In this document: positions 8,849-14,009 of the stretch, one piece after another | Position numbering within the stretch: position 1 is the stretch's first letter | Layout of the letters: each line of letters starts with the position of its first letter | From: Paraspadella gotoi | Taxonomy: Eukaryota > Animalia > Chaetognatha | Assembly (NCBI GenBank): GCA_051294375.1 | Contig: JBJCIZ010001242.1 | Coordinates: 1 to 14,009 of the forward strand | Direction: 5' to 3' | Length of the DNA: 14,009 nt | The notes under the pieces: model-generated | Database searches by the model: none | What the model was told of the DNA's origin: nothing | The model's input: only the letters and a program-made list of their open reading frames with translations | Made by a program: the position numbers and the translations under genes

Positions 8849-8857
8849 ATTATGTCA
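8829..8857 (-). promoter_or_regulatory. Candidate gag-pol stop-codon readthrough signal
   Basis: GAA TGA CAT AAT ATG: pol is in frame with gag. UGA-C context, and a GCUGCC-UAGA-GGCAGC hairpin begins 10 nt after the stop. Confidence 0.5.
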
Positions 8858-11218
8858 TTCAAAATCAGATTCGTGGAATTCATAGTCCTCGAAATCATTC
8901 GAAAAGGCAACAATATTTTTAACGCCATCTTTCCCTATTTTAGGATCGCTCCCTTTCGAAGGGAGGGCCGCTCGAAATTTCTCCTTCGCCGCAATAACCT
9001 TCGTCACATCTTCTGGACATCTACGACAAAGAAGAGAAACATGCCTCCCATTTTCGTTGTACTGTTTACAAAACAGACAATATTTTAAAGAGCATTTTAT
9101 CATGGCATGCCCGTGAGTAAAGCATTGAAAGCAACAACCAGCCGGCATTTTTTTCTTCTCGGCTGCATCAAAGAATTTCTGCATCCGGCTCTTCTTTCCA
9201 ACGAAGTAAAAATAATCATTCAAATCGTCGTCATGATTATCGTCGTCGCCGGAAACGGAATCCGAATCATCGGACGCCGGATAGGAACGGGCGGTCATCA
9301 CTCGCCGCTGTGGTGAAGGATGGGCAGACGAGGAGGAAGACGAACCCCCAACATAATCACGTGAGTCGGTGTGATAAGCACGTTGTGGACGAGACGATCT
9401 ATCTGGTCGGTCTCGTTTATCTTTCACTATATTATCATGTAATGCTGAAACGTCATCAACTATATCGGTAAATTCTTTTTTCCAAAAATTCGTATGACGG
9501 AGAGTATCTTTAATCTCCCTATTATTCAAACCCTCTATAAACTTCCATTTGTAAGATTCGACTGACCGACCAAGTCGATCACAGAACCCCTGAAAACGTA
9601 CAGAATATTCGTAGATATCCTCAACACCTTGTTTGAGAGATCCGAATCCTTGCTCCAAGGCAGATTCGTAACTGGGGAAACAGACACGGAAAATTTTATC
9701 GAAGAATTCGCTTACATTAAATACAGTAGTCTGTAACATAACTCTATCACCAGTAGTCTTAATTTTACCCCGGAAATGTGCACAAGCAATTAAACATTTC
9801 ACTCTCTCAGGAGTATCGAAAAAATAATTATTGATATCGATTTTTAGACTTGTTTCTAAAGAAATATATTCTATAATGTCTTTACAATCCTTAATAATAG
9901 TTTTAATAACTTTATTAGATTTATCAATAATTTGTAAAACATCCATTTCAGATAAACGACGATTCTCACGGTGATCTTCACCTGTTCCCTGGGAAGGAAA
10001 ACCACCGCCACCGTCGCCGCCAGCACCGCCGCCAGCGCCGCCGCCAGCACTGCCGCCGCGTCGAAATCCTCGGCCTCCTCTCCCACGAGGTTGTCGTTGT
10101 CCAAAGACTCCGAAGGCGTGAGAATATTCGTCGTCGTTTCTTCCTCTCGCCGCAGCTCCGCCGACCGTCTGCTGCTGGCGCGGATAGTAGCCAGGATCAG
10201 AGGATCGAAACGATCCCCTCGACGGACCGAAACCGCGATTGGCGGACATGGCCGGCCGGCCAAAACCGCCACGGTTAGGACGCTGGAAATGTTCCCTTTC
10301 TTCGTTCGACGAATAGCCAAAACAATCTGGATGACTCTGCCGCGGCCGTACTGCTGGTTCCATAGACAAAGCTGCGAGTCGATTCTGCCTCGAATCAACG
10401 GCCTCTGGTTTCGACTCCGCTGGAATTGGCACCGGAACTCGCACCGGAACTTGCACTTGGCCCGGATTTGGAGGAGGAGCAGGTGCAGTGGCAGGAGCAG
10501 GGGCAGAAGCAGGAACAGCAGCAGGAGCAGCAACAGGAGCTGCCGGAGCCATTGTCGTCGTCATAACAATCTTCGGAGAAGTGTGAAGAGTAGTTCCCAG
10601 GTTAGTAACAGTCCCAGGAAAAGGAGAGTTGAAAGGATTGAAATCAGCTGCAGGTGCTGTTTTGACGGGTATAGGAAGACGATAAGGATTTCTTTCTCCA
10701 CATTGTCGGCAAAATCGGTCTGAGGCCTCACAGGGAGAGTGAGAACAAACCGTCTCAGTCCCACGGTCTTGAGTAAGGCTCTCAGTATTTGTTGTTATTG
10801 TCGCCACAGGAGGAGCAACATGTGCAACGGAAGCGGGCGAAGAATGAGGAAGTCTCAGAGGAGGAGGTGGAGGGAGTAGTTCCGTTGGGAAAAGGACCTC
10901 AAGATCCAGATGTTCCTCAGGATCCTGCATCTCACGATCTGGACCAGCTGCACTATCCACGAGAACGGGGCGTGTCACAGGAAGTCGCTCATCAGTTTCC
11001 TGTTCGCCTTCCAGTCTATCGACGCAAGTACGTAGCTGTCGATAGTTTTCTCTTAACTGCTCCAGGGCGCGGTCAAGGTTTCCTTTGGGAACTCTTCCCC
11101 TCTTCGTACAGACAAAATTGTATTTATTTGTATTTTCTTTGTAGTGATGCGGGTCGTCCTCCCAGACAAAACACTTGTCGCAGTATTGTCCAGCAAGAGG
11201 ACAATCAGAGAGATCCAA
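8855..11218 (-). CDS. gag: Gag polyprotein (true start uncertain; frame open to 11305)
   Basis: MHR-like LKQGVEDIYEYSVRF...FIEGL (9527-9637); CCHC knuckle CFQCFTHGHAMIKC and a second CLFC-x8-H-x4-C (9026-9133); long Pro/Ala- and RGG/Gly-rich N-terminal half. Listed start is TTG; first ATG is at 10930. Confidence 0.9.
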   Translation of the reverse strand: MDLSDCPLAGQYCDKCFVWEDDPHHYKENTNKYNFVCTKRGRVPKGNLDRALEQLRENYRQLRTCVDRLEGEQETDERLPVTRPVLVDSAAGPDREMQDPEEHLDLEVLFPTELLPPPPPLRLPHSSPASVAHVAPPVATITTNTESLTQDRGTETVCSHSPCEASDRFCRQCGERNPYRLPIPVKTAPAADFNPFNSPFPGTVTNLGTTLHTSPKIVMTTTMAPAAPVAAPAAVPASAPAPATAPAPPPNPGQVQVPVRVPVPIPAESKPEAVDSRQNRLAALSMEPAVRPRQSHPDCFGYSSNEEREHFQRPNRGGFGRPAMSANRGFGPSRGSFRSSDPGYYPRQQQTVGGAAARGRNDDEYSHAFGVFGQRQPRGRGGRGFRRGGSAGGGAGGGAGGDGGGGFPSQGTGEDHRENRRLSEMDVLQIIDKSNKVIKTIIKDCKDIIEYISLETSLKIDINNYFFDTPERVKCLIACAHFRGKIKTTGDRVMLQTTVFNVSEFFDKIFRVCFPSYESALEQGFGSLKQGVEDIYEYSVRFQGFCDRLGRSVESYKWKFIEGLNNREIKDTLRHTNFWKKEFTDIVDDVSALHDNIVKDKRDRPDRSSRPQRAYHTDSRDYVGGSSSSSSAHPSPQRRVMTARSYPASDDSDSVSGDDDNHDDDLNDYFYFVGKKSRMQKFFDAAEKKKMPAGCCFQCFTHGHAMIKCSLKYCLFCKQYNENGRHVSLLCRRCPEDVTKVIAAKEKFRAALPSKGSDPKIGKDGVKNIVAFSNDFEDYEFHESDFE

Positions 11219-11844
11219 AAGACGCTGCTGTTGGAGACGACACTTCTGACGAAGTTCGTGGTACTCTTCAAGTTTGTTGCTGGAACCGCAAAGGAGACGT
11301 ACACATCAATACATTGAATAGCCTTCCTTTATACAGAAATTATTATCTACATTAATTTTAATAATTAGTTTATTCATCCTTTTACTATAGAATGCTGCAT
11401 ATTTTACATATTAAAATATAAGATAATTAACGAATACATAGTTATTACAATTTTAACTAGAATAATTTGTACGAACTGTTTATATATTTTTTTTTATATT
11501 TGCAATGTTATCTTTTGTTTAAAATACTTATATTTGTTTATTAATCCTGAGGCAAACCTGCCTCGGTCTGATACTCGATTTGTTGTGATGGCACTTAATA
11601 GGCTCTTTACTTCTGTGTCGACAAGGGCTTCCATATTTCTATTCACCCCGCGAAACGTACATAAAGGCCTTTTAATTAATTTCTATATGTTTTATATGCT
11701 CATTAGCAACACATTTTCCTTTCTTCATTTATTCAGCTATATTTACTTATAAGGTTCCCTATTATCGATTAAGCCCGTGGTTTCGAGATCGTCGTAAACA
11801 CACGGCTATTAGTTTATCATATTCATACTTTATGTTTGTTTTCA

Positions 11845-12129
11845 TTAAATTTTATGTAATGTTCTGTGTTCCCCAACAAGCACCCCCCATGTGAAACAAA
11901 CATAAACAAAACAAGGTGAATGAATGCATTCGAAGTTCGAACCACGACAAATGCAAACACTTGCCATAAAACAAAATATAATCAATAGAATTAAAACATT
12001 AACTGACTTCGTTATTTGTTCTGAAGACGGATCCGGAATAGCGGTCGTAACAGCCGGATCACTTAGGATGAACAGATCAGGGCCGAAACCGGCGTCCAAA
12101 AGGATGTCCGCAGTAGTCGGTGAGGACAT
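11845..12129 (-). CDS. 94-aa Cys-rich small transmembrane protein (sORF upstream of gag)
   Basis: ATG at 12129 (MSSPTT...). Acidic/Pro N-terminus, hydrophobic VLILLIIFCFMASVCIC, then CRGSNFEC and a second hydrophobic patch. Pyrimidine tract + AAG|G acceptor candidate at 12213. Confidence 0.5.
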   Translation of the reverse strand: MSSPTTADILLDAGFGPDLFILSDPAVTTAIPDPSSEQITKSVNVLILLIIFCFMASVCICRGSNFECIHSPCFVYVCFTWGVLVGEHRTLHKI

Positions 12130-12610
12130 ACGAGAACGCCTCAATCGCGTCGCAAAGTTTATTATCAATTACGAAATTAGATCAATTTCACAACCCGCAA
12201 AATAAAGATAACCTTAATAAAGGAAAAGTATATTTAAGAAAAGGAAGTAAACAAATAAATGTACCAAAACTAAACAAATAAATCAAAACACGCGATGCTC
12301 TTTTGTCAAAAACTTTAGCGAAATATCAAATTTGAACGATCCCGCTAGATGTCGCAGAACGACGGGCAGAAAAAACGCAAAACGTAAGATAAGACAAAAG
12401 AACAACACGTGCACAATGAAGAGAGAAAAAAAATTTTAAAAGAAAATTTAAAAAAACTTTAAACCATCAATTAATTTACTCATGTCTCAATATTATCTTA
12501 TAACAAAGAAAACGAGAAAACGAGTCGTAAAAATAACGCAAAATTAATCCAAAGCGAGAACGAACGCAATCAATAGGAGTTTCGGCGAAAACGCACACAA
12601 AGTCAGAGGA

Positions 12611-13327
12611 CTATATCTCGTCTTCCCCAGTCTCATCATTGTTCCACACAAGAGCGTTTCTGACTGGTGGGCCGAATAAATGAGTAACCCACCCCATCGC
12701 CGCATGATGGGCGTGCCAAAACCGGAGCTCCAACGGGGTAGCTCCCATGAGAAGAAACATTTCCGGCCGCACGTAGAACAAGGAGGACGACAGATCTCCT
12801 ACGGAGGGAATATGCAACCTCTCCGCCATGATGCGTGAGAAATAATCCACATCCAGTAGGAAATCCGGGTGAGGGTCGTATGAGCGTACCTCGCGAATGT
12901 TTTGGAATATCTGACCGTCAGAGTGAACCCCATCCCAGAATCCCAGGGACGTCACTCTAACCCTCCGACGGCCCACCGCCATGTCGTCCCAAGAACGACC
13001 AAGTCCAGTGCGGAGCGTCGCCATCTCCGAGCGACGCCCATCGTCCAGCAAAACAACGCCGAGTGCCTCACTCGGCCACGACGAGAAGTATCTCTTCATC
13101 GCCGTATCGTCGCAGAGTCGCAGGTCGTACATCCGTTCCCAGTAATACCCAGGAGTAATCCGCATCCTGGTAACGCTAGAGGCTGACTCCTCGGTCATCA
13201 TCGAGTCCATAAGCCTCGGGACCGGAAACCCATGGCACCGAACATGAGTCGGTCTGCCATTGAAACGAGTCTCGATGAACTGGGCGTAGACCTCCCTCGA
13301 CGCATAGAACGACTCTATCGAATTCAT
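12611..13327 (-). CDS. 238-aa hypothetical protein, no family recognised
   Basis: ATG-to-TAG ORF matching a GC-rich island between A-rich non-coding tracts. Globular-looking composition. Acceptor-like TTCTCGTTTTTTTAG| 54 nt upstream (exon start 13381). Confidence 0.7.
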   Translation of the reverse strand: MNSIESFYASREVYAQFIETRFNGRPTHVRCHGFPVPRLMDSMMTEESASSVTRMRITPGYYWERMYDLRLCDDTAMKRYFSSWPSEALGVVLLDDGRRSEMATLRTGLGRSWDDMAVGRRRVRVTSLGFWDGVHSDGQIFQNIREVRSYDPHPDFLLDVDYFSRIMAERLHIPSVGDLSSSLFYVRPEMFLLMGATPLELRFWHAHHAAMGWVTHLFGPPVRNALVWNNDETGEDEI

Positions 13328-13833
13328 AGAGCCGGCGTAACGAAACGGAAGCGCAATTTGTAATTAAATCCGTAAGCGAAACTAAAAAAACGAGAATAGG
13401 TAGAGTTACTCCGCAAACAAAACCAAAACGAAAAAACGAAAAAAACGAAAAAAAATGTAAACGTAAAACGAAATGATAATATTTCCAAAACGTAGCGATC
13501 GCTGGCAAGAAGAACGCAAAATTCAAAATTTCCAGACGACAAAATTCCAGAAAATATACCATCTCGGAGGGATGGATGTCCGCATCCATCAAAAGCATCG
13601 AGACAGTCCGTTTTTCATTGGAGGCCTTCGGACCCTCCGGAAACGTGAGAAAAAAAAATAATAAAAAAATCGAAAGGTCAATATTTATTTAAAAAATAAT
13701 TCTGCCCCTACATTCGACAAACGTCATATATAGCGACGAAGAGATAATTTTTATAGCGCACTCCCGTCGATATGCAGGGGAAACCAGGTTTATCCTCTAA
13801 CCCAATTTAATTATTTCATACGGATTAACGTCT

Positions 13834-13860
13834 ACGTCGACGTCGCTTCACGTGAAGCGA
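13834..13860. repeat. Overlapping perfect palindromes (10 bp and 18 bp)
   Basis: ACGTCGACGT at 13834-13843 and TCGCTTCACGTGAAGCGA at 13843-13860. Confidence 0.9.
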
Positions 13861-13937
13861 AGGGTCGAGTTTAACATCTACACGCGCAGATGTGAGACTT
13901 TACCCGGGGGATACCCACTTAAATACTTATAATTATC

Positions 13938-13969
13938 ACTTACATATACACACAAATATCACTCACCCG
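13938..13969 (-). promoter_or_regulatory. Two consensus 5' splice donors in the putative leader
   Basis: Minus strand CGG|GTGAGT (GT starts at 13966) and TAT|GTAAGT (GT starts at 13943). Confidence 0.45.
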
Positions 13970-14009
13970 ACCCCACTTAAGCAGCGGTAGCGCACAGAAA
14001 CGTGGGGAC

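Larger units (their letters stand above)
1802..14009 (-). mobile_element. Ty3/Gypsy (Metaviridae)-type LTR retrotransposon with extra ORFs; 5' LTR not in window
   Basis: gag plus pol in PR-RT-RH-IN order, with Gypsy-type RT (RLTIDYRSQN, LDSSNYFWQ, MGLKSAP, FIDD) and integrase (DLLGPLP) motifs. Candidate PPT and LTR at the low-coordinate end. Boundaries, and inclusion of 11300-14009, are inferred. Confidence 0.85.

Noticed and set aside
3617-9316. Short + strand and alternate-frame ORFs within the esterase, pol and the gag 3' end
   Set aside because: Antisense or out-of-frame shadows of well-supported CDSs.
9871-11355. Overlapping ORFs 9971-10723(+), 9871-10533(-), 10561-10764(-), 10789-11355(+), 11053-11304(-)
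   Set aside because: Shadows of GC-rich low-complexity gag codons, with no domain signal.
11497-11752. Moderately GC-rich patch with a 72-aa + ORF and a ~46-codon minus ORF (MEALVDTEVK...)
   Set aside because: Short, no motifs and no convincing splice signals; cannot be supported, though a small exon is not excluded.
13176-13661. ORFs 13176-13598(-), 13324-13542(-), 13473-13661(+) with Phe-rich 'TM' segments
   Set aside because: The Phe/Lys runs come from (AAAAAACG)n low-complexity DNA at ~13415-13470, which is likely intron or UTR.
13981-14009. Possible primer-binding site at the window edge (minus strand GTCCCCACG...)
   Set aside because: The TGG and LTR junction would lie outside the window, and I cannot match it to a tRNA 3' end. 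No copy of 1802-2029 was seen in 11300-14009.

Overview
Eukaryotic (probably invertebrate) genomic DNA. Positions 1-~1790 are a degenerate ~650-720 bp tandem repeat. The rest is dominated by a large (>12 kb, 5' end apparently outside the window) Ty3/Gypsy-type LTR retrotransposon on the minus strand with intact ORFs. It has gag (MHR-like motif, CCHC knuckles), an in-frame pol (protease-RT-RNase H-integrase) separated from gag by a single UGA-C stop, and an SGNH/GDSL esterase with all catalytic residues in the env position behind a strong splice acceptor. Between the esterase and the candidate PPT/3' LTR lies an antisense (+ strand) TATA-driven cassette. It holds a three-exon gene missed by the ORF track (117 aa, Cys-loop/TM/basic/CCC, FAST-fusogen-like architecture) and a 148-aa signal-peptide membrane-protein ORF nested in its first intron. 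Upstream of gag are two more same-strand ORFs: a 94-aa Cys-rich TM protein sharing a CRGSNxxC motif with the 148-aa protein, and a 238-aa orphan. Working hypothesis (inference): an Env-less retroelement carrying a membrane-remodelling or cell-to-cell transmission toolkit. All splice and LTR calls were made by eye and are unverified.
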